Source of the DNA: Fimbriosthenelais zetlandica | Lineage: Eukaryota | Length of the DNA stretch: 64,000 nucleotides | Reading direction: 5' to 3' | Assembly: GCA_977030845.1 (NCBI GenBank) | Contig: OZ365111.1 | Span: 48,112,001-48,176,000, forward strand | In this document: one piece after another, positions 31,890 through 53,500 of the stretch | Layout of the letters: each line of letters opens with the position of its first letter | Numbering within the stretch: position 1 is the stretch's first letter | The notes under the pieces: generated by a model | Databases searched by the model: none | What the model was told of the DNA's origin: nothing | The model's input: only the letters and a program-made list of their open reading frames with translations | Translations under genes and position numbers: made by a program

Positions 31890-34340
31890 GTGGGTGCCTG
31901 ATGTGGGTGTGAGTCTGCCTTCATGTGTGCCTGATGTGGGTGTGAGTATGTGAGTCTCCCGGTTTACATACATATATATATATATATGTGCATGGTGTGA
32001 GTGCATTTAGACTGTCTGTCTGCTATGGGTGTATGTCTGTCTGTGTGTATGTTTTTTGCCTCCATGTGTGGCTGATGTGCGGGGGGGGGGGGTATCTGGC
32101 TGTCTGTTATGGGAGTATGTCTGTATGTTTGTCTCCCAGCCTCGATGTTGTGGATGTGAGTCTGCCTCTATACATGTATGTGTGCCTGGTGTGAGTGGAT
32201 TTAGACTGTCTGTCTGATATGGGAGTATGTCTGTCTGTGTGTATGTTTTTCTGACTCCATGTGTGCTTGATGTGGGGGGATTTCTGTCTATGTTATGGGT
32301 GTATATCTGCCTGTGTGCATGTGTCTGCTATGGGAGGGATTGCACGCTTGTCTGCCTCCCATGTGTGATGTGGCTGTCTGATATGGGAGTATGTCTATAT
32401 GTTTGTCTCTCTGGATCCATGTGTGCCTCCTATGGGTGTGAGTCTGCCTCCGTACATGTGTGCCTGGTGTGAGTGGATTTAGACTGTCTGTCTTCTATGG
32501 GAGAATTTCTGTCTGTGTGTATGTTTTTCTGACTCCATGTGTGCTTGATGTGGGGGGTTTCTGTCTGTCTGTTATGGGTGTATCTGCCTGTATGCATGTG
32601 TCTCATGGAGGGTGGGTTTATGTGGCTGTCTGCTATGGGAGTATGTCTATATGGTTGTCTCCCTTGATCCATGTGTGGGTCTTGATTCATGTGTGGGTCT
32701 GCCTCCATACATGTGTGCCTGATGTGGGTAGATTAAGACTGTCTGTCTGATATGGGTGTATGTCTGTCTGTGTCTATGTTTTCTGCCTCCATGTGTGCCT
32801 GATGTGGGTGGATTTCTGTCTGTCTGCTATGGGTGTATCTGACTGTGTACATGTGTCTCATAGAAGGTGGGGTTACATGTCTTTCTGCCTCGACCCATGT
32901 GTGTATGAGGTGTGTGGATATCTGGCTGGGTCTATGTCTGTGCAGGCGCCATACACCCATAGGCTCCATAGCAGAACCACAGGCATACACCCAAAGCAGG
33001 CACACAGAGGCAGGAATACTTGAACATCCATACACACAGAAATAGATCCAGAACAGGCGCAAACAAGCTGGCATACACCCATAATGAGATACACACCGGG
33101 CAATATCTATACAGATATACATCCATAGCAGGCAGACAGAAATACACCCACATCAGGCACACATGGAGGTACACTCAAAGAACCACAACAGTTACAGCAG
33201 TCACACAGAAACACAGACATACACCCACCAATAAATCCAACCACATCAGGCATTTCCTGCTATGGGTGTATGCCTGGCTGTGTGATCCTGCTTTGGGTCT
33301 ATGTCTGTGTTTTTGCTATGGGTGTATGCCAGGCTGTGTGACCCTGCTTCGGGTCTTTGTCTGTGTTTTTGCTATGGGTGTATGCCTGGCTGTGTGACCC
33401 TGCTTCGGGTCTTTGTCTGTGTTTTTGCTATGGGTGTATGCCTGGCTGTGTGACCCTGCTTTGGGTCTATGTGTGTGTTTTTGCTATGGGTATATGCCTG
33501 CTTTGTGTGTCTGTGTTTCTGCTATGGGTGTATGCCTGGCTGTGTGATCCTGCTTTGGGTCTTTGTCTGTTTTTCTGCTATGGGTGTATCCCTGGCTGTG
33601 TGACCCTGCTTTGGGTCTATGTCTGTGTTTTTGCTATGGGTGTATGCCTGGCTGTGTGACCCTGCTTTGGTTCTATGTCCGTGTTTCTGCTATGGGTGTA
33701 TGCCTGGCTGTGTGACCTTGCTTTGGGTCTTTGTCTGTTTTTCTGCTATGGGTGTATCCCTGGCTGTGTGACCCTGCTTTGGGTCTATGTCTGTGTTTTT
33801 GCTATGGGTGTATGCCTGGCTGTGCGCATGCTTTGGGTCTATGTCTGTGTTTTTGCTATGGGTGTATGCCTGCTTTGTGTGTCTGTGTTTCTGCTATGGG
33901 TGTATGCCTGGCTGTATGATCCTGCTTTGGATCTTTGTCTGTTTTTCTGGTATGGGTGTATGCCTGGCTGTGTGACCCTGCTTTGGGTCTATGTCTGTGT
34001 TTCCTCTATGGGTTTATGCCTGGCTGTGTGACCCTGCTTTGGGTCTATGTCTGTTTGCTATACGTGTATGCCAGGCTGTGCCACCCTGCTTTGAGTCTAT
34101 GTCTGTGTATCTGCTATGGCTGTATGCCTGACTGTGTGACCCTGCTTTGGGTCCATGTCTGTGTTTCTGCTATGGCCGTATGCCTCGCAGCCTGGCTGTG
34201 CGCCTGCTTTGGGTCTATGTCTGTGTTTCTTCTATGGGTGTATGCCTGGCTGTGTGACCCTGCTTTGGTTCTATGTCTGTGTTTCTGCTATGGATGTACG
34301 ACTGTGTGTCCCTGGATGTGCATATCTATTTCCATGTGTC
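31890..34340. repeat. TG-rich complex satellite: ~200-280-bp higher-order units (31.9-32.94 kb), an inverted block (32943-33252), then ~18 copies of a 56-bp unit (33254-~34290)
   Basis: The anchor (g)atttagactgtctgtct recurs at about 32003, 32198, 32475 and 32731. The 56-bp unit is tgctatgggtgtatgcctggctgtgtgaccctgctttgggtctatgtctgtgtttt; ORF-track starts at 33675/33731/33787 are spaced by 56. Confidence 0.92.
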
Positions 34341-35435
34341 TGCCATGGATGTATATATCTGCCTCTGTACCCTGTACAATACGGAAATAGGCGAATGATG
34401 GGTGTGTGGGTTTGCGATTTTCAAATGGGATATTCTTCTGAGCGAAAATGCTCATGAATGCTTATTCTAGCTAGGATACAAATATTTTTTTCATTGAGAC
34501 TCAGAGAGTGTTTTCCATATAAGAAGAATGCTGATAGAAGTTAGAGGAACAAAAGGACAGGGGGAGACAGAGAGAGTAAAGTACAAGGTTATCTAAAGGC
34601 AGAAGAAAACGTACGATGGGGAGAGGCAAAGGATGGGGGGAACTCTGAATATTGGATATGTGACATGAGTGTGTGAGTCAACTCTGACCATGTAGGCCTC
34701 CCGGGCTATAGGCCTACTTTTAGTATAAAATGGGATATATTTTTTCTTCCTCATGTAATTTCTCACTATTGCAGCGTCAGGGATTCTTGAATAAATCAGA
34801 AATAGCTTGATCTTTATAACTTTTAAATATTTCCTGTCAATACAAAGAGTTTAACATAATATAGTACTGCATAGGTCTACTCTGCAGATAAGAGTAGAAG
34901 TAGCCTACACAGATGTTCAGTATGGTTAGTATGTTAATTGGAACGGAGTATACTGTACATTCAATATTATATCATTAGGCCATCTAGCCCTGTTTATATT
35001 TTCCCTCAACTGTAGACAGGTGATGGAGGTTGAACTATATTCTATGCCAACGTTTGTTCAGTGTCGCACATTAACAGCTCCTGTCGTGAAAGTTTGGTGG
35101 GCGAACCCATATAGGTGGTCGATCCATTATTATGGGCTTCCGCTTAGCATTCAGTCGCTAGCTGCTCTCCAGGATTGGTTGAGGGTACTTCCCCTCATAG
35201 AGGTCCATAACGATCCCCAAACCCCGTAAGTGCTCATAAGTCTCCCACAGCAAATAAGTGATCTGTTATATATAACGGTTTCCTTATGTTTTCGAGGGCC
35301 CGGCAAGTCCCACAAACCAGTCCCCTCATTCCAGCATCCTTACACGATTTTTGGATGTGACTGCATTGTTCGGTGGTTTCTGCGCTTCACCTACACCCCA
35401 CAAAGCCCAATAAAGCTTCTGTGGAGCCCTTTATA

Positions 35436-35655
35436 GAGCTCCAACAGAACTCCCATAGAGCCCCACAGTGCTCCCATAGAGCCCAACAGTGCTCCCATAG
35501 AGCCCAACAGTGCTCCCATAGAACCCCTTAAAGCTCCCATAGAGCCCCACAGTGCTCCCATAGAACCCCTTAAAGCTCCCGTAGAGCCCCATAGAGCTCC
35601 CGTAGAGCCCCGTAGAGCCCCGTAGAGCTCCCGTATATCGGTATAGCCATATAGA
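35436..35655. repeat. 21-bp minisatellite (gctcccatagagcccaacagt) decaying into 10-11-bp subunits
   Basis: Read directly from the sequence. Confidence 0.88.
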
Positions 35656-37375
35656 GCTCCGGAATGCCTTCTGTAAAGGGAAAACTGATTTACTATGATA
35701 TGTGAAGTTGACAGGGGACTATTTAGGTGGTCTTCTGGTGGTTTTTATGGGGCTTACAGGGTTGTTATGGGGTTTGGACAATGGACCAGCACCTGAAATA
35801 GTAGGTGGCACAGAGTATAGCCGAAGAGAAGACTGAATGAGATGGATAGGCAGTAGCGACTTAAGATGGAGGGTTGAGGGTATAAGATCGACACTGGGCT
35901 GAACTCACCTGGGTATTAATATTGTATGACCTATATCACGTAAACAATATGTCCACAATATTTTTTTTATACACGTAAGAAAGTGTAAGAGAGTAAATGG
36001 GAGTCTATGTGAGATAAGGTGTGTAAAGGCACACAGGGCGTGTGAAGCAGGTGCATCAATGTGTGAGTCGCAGTGTGTGCTGCCATTCTTTGTGTGGGTG
36101 TGTTTGGGTGGGCGGGTGTTGGGAGGTTGGGGGAGGACGGAGAGGGGGGAAGAGGAAGGGAGGGGGAGAAGAGAGGGAGGGGGAGGGTATATATAGTCTG
36201 GATGAAGCTTTAGCTGCGCCATCTTATGTACAAAAGGGGGAGGGGGTCACTTCCTCATTTTAATGAATGACAAGTCGCTCGGATTTAATAAAATAGATGT
36301 AATTAAAAATTTGATCGATGGACATGAGACACTTACATGGAGAAATGCCCAAGACACACCACACACGTATCAATTATGTGTGCTCCATCTCTGTTCTATG
36401 CAGACAACTTCATGCATTTTTAGTGCTGCAGTCCCTTGCTATAGTTAAAGATGTATGTGTAACTCTGGAAAATCCGAGTTGGATGGCAACCGCATAGGAA
36501 CTGCATAATCTAATATACAGTTTATTCTGGGCGTCTTGTCATTGCGGCTGCCCTCCCATATAGCTGACCACCTACCACTCTCTGGTAGAATAAATTGAAA
36601 GGCCAAAGAGGGAGATCCATTTTGAAAAAGTGTGTGCGCCGGGGTGGGGGTGGGGGTAGGTTTGGGGGTGGGGGATGTGGTCAGCCCTGTGTTAAGGATC
36701 TCGAGGGGTGGGCGGGGATTGGGGGGTGGTCCAAGCACCCTCGTGGCCCAAAAAGTATTTGATCCTAGGGAAAGAAATGGCTACTAGACTTGTCCAAGTC
36801 CTTGATACTGGTCAACTTAAAGGGACGAGCTGAGACTGGAATGTTAGATGGCGCCCCCTGTGTATATAAATGGCAATGCCCAGCCTCTTCCCCATTCTGA
36901 TTGGCTAACCAACATCATGTGACTACCTGTGACATCATAGTTGCTAAAGATGGCTGACCCTCAATATCTTACTCTAGGGCGTTTAGAGGAATTGATTTCT
37001 ACCTAGGGAAAACTTTATACCAAGTGTTTGGCATCCATTAAATTCATTCAAAACAAAGACTAGAAGAAAGCCTGACAATCAATATCAGCAGGTGGTCTTG
37101 GTTTATACTGTTATTGACAGGGAGGGTTGATATTTCATCCCCTTATAGGTTGAGACAGGCGTGGAACTACCTCTTCATCTCTATATCATGGTGGCTGAGG
37201 GCAACGATATTATGCTGCCCCAAATATGGATAGTAATTGCATGATCCTTGATGGCTAAATGTTGATTGACCCCTGCAATAAAATTGTGGAAGCTAGCCAT
37301 TTGGCAGCCATTGCCAATTCAACACATACACCATCTTTCGGTTAAGGTACATTTTATAAGAAACTGGCCATCTTG

Positions 37376-37665
37376 GGGTATGGCTCTGGTGGTGCAGTGT
37401 TCTGCTTGAATGAGGGAGGACTTGGGTTCAATGCTCCATATTCCGCTACTATACTTCCCTACCAAGTCAAAGACTTAATTTGCTGGACCCCACCCCCTGA
37501 AAACCAAGGATGAACCCCTGCATGCCCTACCCAGTGCTGCTAACTGGAATATCAGCCGGCCATGTCTCCAACAGCCTGTGGTGAGAGGCATGTCATATAA
37601 TCCCATTGCTGGCATTCAAAAAAGTAGACCATTATGTACAGACAGCGTGTTTTCCTCATGTTGAT
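37376..37665 (+). mobile_element. tRNA-derived SINE, near full length and degenerate
   Basis: A-box-like gtggtgcagtg (~37389) and B-box-like gggttcaatgc (~37424). Core ggtgagaggcatg...cccattgct...ttcaaaaaagtagaccattatgtacagacagcgtgttttcctc is shared with the 43947 copy. Confidence 0.65.
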
Positions 37666-40129
37666 TTAGAATAGCAAATTATTCGAGTTCTGAGAAAAAT
37701 TGCTGAGAGGATAGGGCAGGATATGAAGCAATCATATTACTCAGTACTCGGCCATTTTAGAGTGATGTCCAACCTTTACTCCTACGACACAACCTTCACG
37801 CTGAAAAGTTCACCTCGAATGTCACTAGAGGTCCCCAGCGCATGTCTGACTGCGCACTGATATGGGGAATATAATATTGAAACCATCAATAACAAAACAG
37901 CACTATTTTCTACAACCAACAAAATTACATTAATATTTCCATTATGTTAACTATCTAAAGATAAATGTACCAGCACTGATGATTTTAAATACATTGATGC
38001 TAACCAGACAAAATATTGGGATCCAACATTTGGCCCTGGGTAGACTTGCCAAGTCTTTGATTCTTTTATTTTGTTAAAACTAATAAATGATGAGACCTTT
38101 CCCATCTCGAATGAGGAATCAAATATGAACCTCCAGGCGAGTTGGTAATTGGAGGGGGGAATTATCTGCCATAATAGGGACGAGTGCACGTCTAGGCCCT
38201 GGGTGGAAAATGTTGAAAGCAGAAATTAACAGCTACAACAGAGCCCCCTATCCAAAATATCGAGAATCAAACTGTGCAGAAAAATGGTTTCCATGTGGGT
38301 AAATCTCGTACTATTCTATCCATAGAAAAGCTGAGAGACCACTAGGGCTACGGCAAAATGCTTATAAATACTTACAGACTATACTGACAAAAACCTCTAC
38401 ATTTATGTCATATTAAAATTATGAGAACTTTGAATGTTCTACTCGAGCTCATATGCTAATCAAATGACAACTTGCACCAGGTATTATATGGTATAGTTTA
38501 ATACAAAAATGAAGAGATAACACATGGTAATTGTACTTTTTTTGTTCCTTTTATCAATCATGTTAACAATTTTTATAATGGATAGTTCGTTGGACAATGA
38601 TTAGGTCCCTGTATGTAGGTCTCTAGTTGCCCCCGTAGCCCACCCCCCTTTAGAATATAGACAGATGGTCATCTGCAAACACATAATACATTGGAGCATT
38701 TTGTTCAAAAAACAGCCTAGACTATGAGCATACATAATGATGATTATCCACGACTCCCATTTAGATTCGTTTCGATTTCAGTGAATAATAATTCCCAAGA
38801 ATTTTATTTCCATTTACTATTGCAAACTAAAGAATAATTTTCTAAGTTCTCCACATTTCTTGTTTGTAGTATGGTTAACATTCAAAGGATAAATTATCGG
38901 TAAATTGCATAGTAAGAAACTAGACGGTTACAGTCAATAAAACATTTCCATAGAAGTTTCCTAAACGTCAATTTTCTATGTATAAAACGGCAGAACTCAT
39001 CAATCAATCAAAACTTGTGAATCTGATCCAACAAAAATAACATTAACAAACAGATTCCTATGTCGATTACGACAATCAAAGTACCACAGCAGGCAAAAGA
39101 AAAAAATTATTCCCCAAATTTCTTGAGAATTTACCATGAAGTCTGGATTCCATTTTCACAAATTGGCCATCATATGACACTTTTTTCTTCCCCATTTTTG
39201 GAAACAAGTTCAGGTTTCGCAAGCACATTTTCTACATTGGTTAACTCGGAGGTTCTTTTTTGAAGTTATTTCAACGACCAAATTAGCATTGTCAACCACA
39301 TTGCAAATGCAAGACATCCAAAGATAGATTTTATAGTAACTACACGTGTCTCAGCTTAGACGTCACTAATCGCAGGAACATTGCAACAGAAAAAAACGTT
39401 CATGTCCATGACTATTATATATTTTGATAGCTTTCCCCATCTATACTTCTTCCAAGGCATTCAGCAGTACAATGGAAAAATGAAATTAGTTGCACATGGA
39501 TTGTGACCGAAACGAATTCCACACAAAATGAGAAGAAAATGCACCATAAGCACAGGACTTAAAGATGTTTAAATTAAATAATACGGTCTTGTACAATATG
39601 AAAATTGATGCAATTATATGGAAAATGGACATCCCCGTTAATACAAAAAAAACTATATAAGAAATATATATGAAAGCACTTCAACCTGTCGTTATCAGTT
39701 CGAGTCCAGGTGTGGCAACTTTGTAGGCATTGATGACATTAAATGCACTAAGTAAGTATCAGATTTCTTTTCTGTTGTTTAACTGATAAACCATTATGAT
39801 AGCAAGAAGTCTCTCGCTTCATTCAATATTATGGTAAAGTCATAAAAAGACGATGGTGGAGTGTTTCACCATGCTTCCCAAGCTCCAGAATGCACAAGTC
39901 TATAAAAGGCGTTGAAGACAGTTTGCCAGTCAAGGAAGTTTGTATCAATGACAGGCGGAAAGTGCCAGGGTTGCGTTTACAAGTCCCGATGTCCGGGCCC
40001 GCGCGCAGCGAGTGTTGATGGTTCCTCCCCTCTCAGCCGGTCTGTACAATATGTTTGATCCCATACAATATACACTTTAGACATATTCAAGTTTGTTGTT
40101 GTTTTATCGTTTTGTGGAGGCCACTTGGC

Positions 40130-48564
<8,435 letters not shown>

Positions 48565-48573
<9 letters not shown>

Positions 48574-48620
48574 TTTGATATTTCGTGACGTCAGAGGCTG
48601 ACAACTTGGCGCCTGCGCAG
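48565..48620 (-). promoter_or_regulatory. PP1-beta proximal motifs: YY1-type AAAATGGCGG over the ATG, full CRE TGACGTCA (48586-48593), NRF1-type GCGCCTGCGCA (48609-48619)
   Basis: Exact motif text is present. Function is inferred from known consensus sequences only. Confidence 0.55.
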
Positions 48621-50514
48621 TAATGGCCTCGGTGCGCGCTGGAGCGAAAAGCCCGCCTTGCTGTTTCTCTCCAAGTCAGGACAACAGTAGCTGAAAAAAT
48701 ACGATTATCACAGTTAATACAAACTTTAGAGATGAAAATAATTGTTAGAAACAATGTGTTTATCCTACTGCATCCCACCCTTAATAATTACCAAAATGAC
48801 AAGTGAATTAAACATGCCTAGGCCCTACTTTTAAATAGGACTAAGGGTCGCAGAGTAGGCCTACCAGCCACATGGCACATGACATATGTGCATTCAATGA
48901 TTCATGAATGAAAAAAAGAAAAAAGTCGGGAAAGATGAGATAAGTAATACAAAAATGAAAGGTCACGCGTTGAGTCTACATCTATAGGTATTTCGAAATG
49001 ACGTTACTATCTGAATTGGAAAATATCTTAATAATCAAGGCTTCTTGCTACAGGCCTAGGCCCAGGCCTATAATTTATAAGCCTAAAGCTTTCTCCTTTA
49101 TAAATATAACTTTTAACTATTGTTTAAATAGAAATAATGAGCCCAATACCCGATAAACGCTTCTCATTACGCACTTTCTCATATTAAAATGTGGTGGGAA
49201 ACATCATATTTTGGAATTAGGCCTAGGCCAGGGCCAACCTGTAGGCCTAGACCAAACTCATTTTTCAAGAAGAAAATTCATAATCATAAGGCCTCACTTC
49301 TAATATATCCGTAGTAAGGTAGGTATGTATGCCCAGGCCAATATTGTAGGCCTAGTGATTACTTCCAGCAACTTGAGGAAATTATCGGGAATGGTAAAAT
49401 CTCAAAATCGTCTTTCTGTAGGGACAGGCGTAGATATAGGCCTCTATACTGATCCAAACTCTGTGCTGCAACTGAAGTGCGCACCAGCTTAAGCTGACCT
49501 TATATAGGCTAGGTAAGAATCTATGGCCTACATTACGTCATTCCCTTGGTGACTTATCAGGCTATACTTAGTGCTCTCTCATAGGCCTACAAGTTAAATA
49601 ATAACCTACTAGGACAAGCAGGTGCATTAAGGGGATAGCCTACTCCCCTATAAAAAGAGTTAGGCATAGGCCTAAGTCTAGTTTTCGGCTTAGATTCCTC
49701 TAACAGCCTAATTGTATAATATAAGTATGGATCTAATAATAGGCTATATATGCTAAGTAGGCATATTAAAGTAGACCTAATGTTGTTAGTAGCCTAATCG
49801 CATTTCAATTATGAGGCCTAAGATTAAATCATACAGAGAAAAACATTTATAGGCCCTAGGCCTAGACCTGTATCGGCTGACATAAAAGAAAACACTCAAA
49901 GAAAAACAATATTTACGAAAACAGCGAAGTCATAATACAGTAATTTTGTAAAGGGTCCTGCCTCCTGATCTATTTGTGCAATCGTTATAAAAGGTTGCAT
50001 CAGGGTGACAGGTCCACTTATCTTTAGTCACGATAACGATCGTCACTTTTATGCTTCCAAATAGATTTTAATCAATTACATGTCAGTTAGAAGATATATA
50101 AAATATATAGGCCTAAGAAGATCCANNNNNNNNNNNNNNNNNNNNNNNNNNNNNNNNNNNNNNNNNNNNNNNNNNNNNNNNNNNNNNNNNNNNNNNNNNN
50201 NNNNNNNNNNNNNNNNNNNNNNNNNNNNNNNNNNNNNNNNNNNNNNNNNNNNNNNNNNNNNNNNNNNNNNNNNNNNNNNNNNNNNNNNNNNNNNNNNNNN
50301 NNNNNNNNNNNNNNNNNNNNNNNNNNNNNNNNNNNNNNNNNNNNNNNNNNNNNNNNNNNNNNACATCATGATCCCTTGTCCTGCCCTGGGGCGTGGATGT
50401 GTATTGTCGATTAGCGCGATAATCAGGTAAACATTCACATCGTTTCTACCCGCCTGCCGGATCTCGCGAAGTCTCATTGGCTGGGCGAGATTTGGTGTGG
50501 TGCGCCAGAAGGAC
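48574..50514. promoter_or_regulatory. Divergent promoter interval between PP1-beta and Nova
   Basis: The start codons diverge 1.94 kb apart (gap size is an estimate). 13 AGGCCT hexamers lie in 48857-50114. ATTGG at 50476 and TCTCGCGA at 50462 precede the Nova ATG. Confidence 0.65.
50126..50362. other. Assembly gap (237 N)
   Basis: Run of N. Confidence 1.
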
Positions 50515-53500
50515 ATGAGCCGATACTTCCCTGAAACGCAAATGGATATGACAGACTCTAGAAAAAGGCCCCTTGACGGAGAATCAGAGAGCGGTGCAAC
50601 GAAAAGATCCAACCAAGGAGGAGGTAAGTTCTCCAGGCTTTTTCTGCTTGTCTTTATGTTTATCTCTCCCGAAATATGGTAAACTACGCAGAAGCGTGTT
50701 TAGTTAAGCCTAGAGAAAATGGCGGCGCTCGGACCCGTTCATTTACTCTCAAACCCCCACGTGGCTTTTCACTTTGACAGGCGGTGTCTGATGTGTATTC
50801 GGCTGGAATACACATCTTTTGGATCCGTTTGACGCTTGTGAATTAGATGTCATCGTATTTTTATGTCGATGTTTATGTCTTTGGGGATGAATTGATCTGT
50901 AAATGGGGACGTCTTTTCACCCTTGGGCTCGGCTGAACACCGGTCCCATCTGTGAAGGGGTAAGCTGCTGACATTGGTTTGTCCCACCCCATCACTACAT
51001 GTTTACATTGATTGTCACACTCTCTGACTCATACATACCAACCCTAAAGCCATCTGAATACACAAACACATAAAGGACAGTTTATGGAAAAATGTATTAA
51101 TTGTGAAAACACCTTTTTCTGGTTGAAATCTTTTTAAAATGATTGATAATTTGCCCCCCATCTGGATACACAGTCACAGATGGAATCATGGATAAAATAA
51201 TGATTATTATCTATTTGGCCTTCTTAGCCATATCTATTAACAGGCTTCCCACTGGTTAGGAAAATATCAGGAAAAGCTGTTTGTTTTAAGATCAAGATCA
51301 GGAGATATTTGATAACGGATTATCTGTAAAAATTTGGCCAAAACAGCATTTTGAAGCAATAATAGGCCTATATACCGGTAGTGGAACAAAAAAAGATCAT
51401 ATTATTAGGACCCCTACCCTACCATGAATGCATGATTATCCGAGTTGGTCAGGAAATTCTATATTAAAGTCTTTTATTGGGCACTACTAATAGACTAGAC
51501 ATTATTGTTCTATTAGGCATACTGATAGACTATTTTTGTTATGCTCTATTCTAAGTTTTTGATTTTTGATATTTCAGTCTCCTCCCCTACAAATGCACGT
51601 GGTTTGAATCTGGACATCAGCGACTATGAGGAATATGATGGGTCGATGATGTTAAATACATCACGAGGACATCAGGGTACGTATCTTCATTTTGTCATTT
51701 TCAATGTTTGGTTAGTAAGTTTAAGATTCATAATTCTTTCCTAAACCATGGGATATCTAACTTTATTCGACAATACACAAGTAAGACTGGCCAATGTGCC
51801 AATAATGTGCAATAAAAATATATCAAATAAAAATAAGTCAAACTCGATACCGGCAGTGAACTGTACTAGACTAGTAAACATTGTCTTTGGAGAGGGACTA
51901 TAAATATTAGGCCTATAATAGATCCATCAAAATCCTCCCTGATCTAAAAAATAAATATTTTTTGGTAACAGTTTCTACTGGCAGGAAATGAAAACACCCC
52001 TTGTCATAGTCATAAATTTCCTAACCTGTTCATTGAATAGCACACCATCACTCGGTTGTAGGTACCGGTATGCCTAATACGTAGGCTGGGACTTTCTATT
52101 CATAAATATGCCTACACAAACAAAATATCAATATAAAATATTACTGACCCATTTTCAATGGGCGTTTTGATGGAATTGTTTCAATGACATCTCTATAAAT
52201 CTACCCTTCCCCTTTATAGAACAAAAGACCTGCATTTACCTGTGCCCCGATTTGTTTTGATATGATTGAAACTGTTTGGTTAGTATGTTTAATTGCTCTA
52301 TAGGGGCGGTCTGCATTATATACAGTACATCATTGTATTGATGGGATGTCATTTTCCTTGCACTTCGTATGTCTGTGTTATTGCGTTTATTCTGCAGTAT
52401 CTGTGATGGCAGTTTATTTTTCAACTATAAAAAAGTGAAATAGTTTATGAAAAGAGATTAAAAACAATGTAAAAATTGCACGTAACCAATAACCAAGGGG
52501 TCTAGTCTCTGCCATAACTAGAAAAAGGGTTCCCCATGGAAAAATGTGCTCGTCCAATTAATATAATTATAGGCACTCAAATGGTCCAAAGAATTTGGTC
52601 GCCTACCCGGTCGTCTGCCATATGGGAACAAAGCACAGAATGCTTATTTCTCCCTTTTTCTTTTGCTATACTCTGCTGAATTAATTTGAATGATAAGCGT
52701 TAGATGAGCTAATATATTAATGTTAATCATCCTATATCAGTGTAAAGTGTATTTCCTTTAGTTGGTTTATAATAAATAGGGATGAGAAGGGGAGGCAGAG
52801 GAAGGAGCAAACTGTTGAAGTAAAAGGCAGAATATGGTTGGGTTTGCGGTGATAGGAACTTAGCTGAAAATCCATGAATGTGTTGAAAAGGAGAAAATGG
52901 CCAAAGTCCTAATTTGGATGTTAAAAAAGTAACTTTTACTTGTGTGGAAGTCCAGGACTACCAGAGAGGTTTATTCTAAATAATTCACCCCGACTTAATT
53001 AGTAAAGGTTAACCGTCCTGAGGCATGTGTTCCTTCGCCGAAGTGGGAGATTCTGCTAGTTGCCCATACTGCCGAATCCATCATTTCCTTGAAGATATAA
53101 AAAGAACCCCGGAAATCACGACTGATAATGCTGAGAAAGCACTTCCATTGTTAAAAATTACCAGGCTTGCACAACCGCTTGGCAGACACAAAAAAAAAGA
53201 GAAAAAAATAAAAATAAGATGGATAAAAAGATCCTGAGCTCACCTTTTATAAAGGTTGGATCCTCAGACTCTTTGATTCTTTTAGAGGAAAAAATGAAAT
53301 ACGGTCGAGTTCTCGGCCCCTTGTAACTTCCTTGCTGGGCCTCTTGTCTGGATGACATTAAACGCATGGCGAGGTCCGGACAAAACAACAAAAATAACGG
53401 AGCTGAAATTCTCAACTTTTCTTTTGGATCATTATGCTTCCCATTTTTGATATTTCATATTTTTGTTTCTCATATTTATGACGGATCTTTTGTCTTTCTG

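Noticed and set aside
32029-34457. Many Cys/Val-rich ORFs resembling metallothionein or keratin-associated proteins
   Set aside because: They are translations of the TG-rich satellite in all frames, with a recurring TGA in the unit and no splice or start context.
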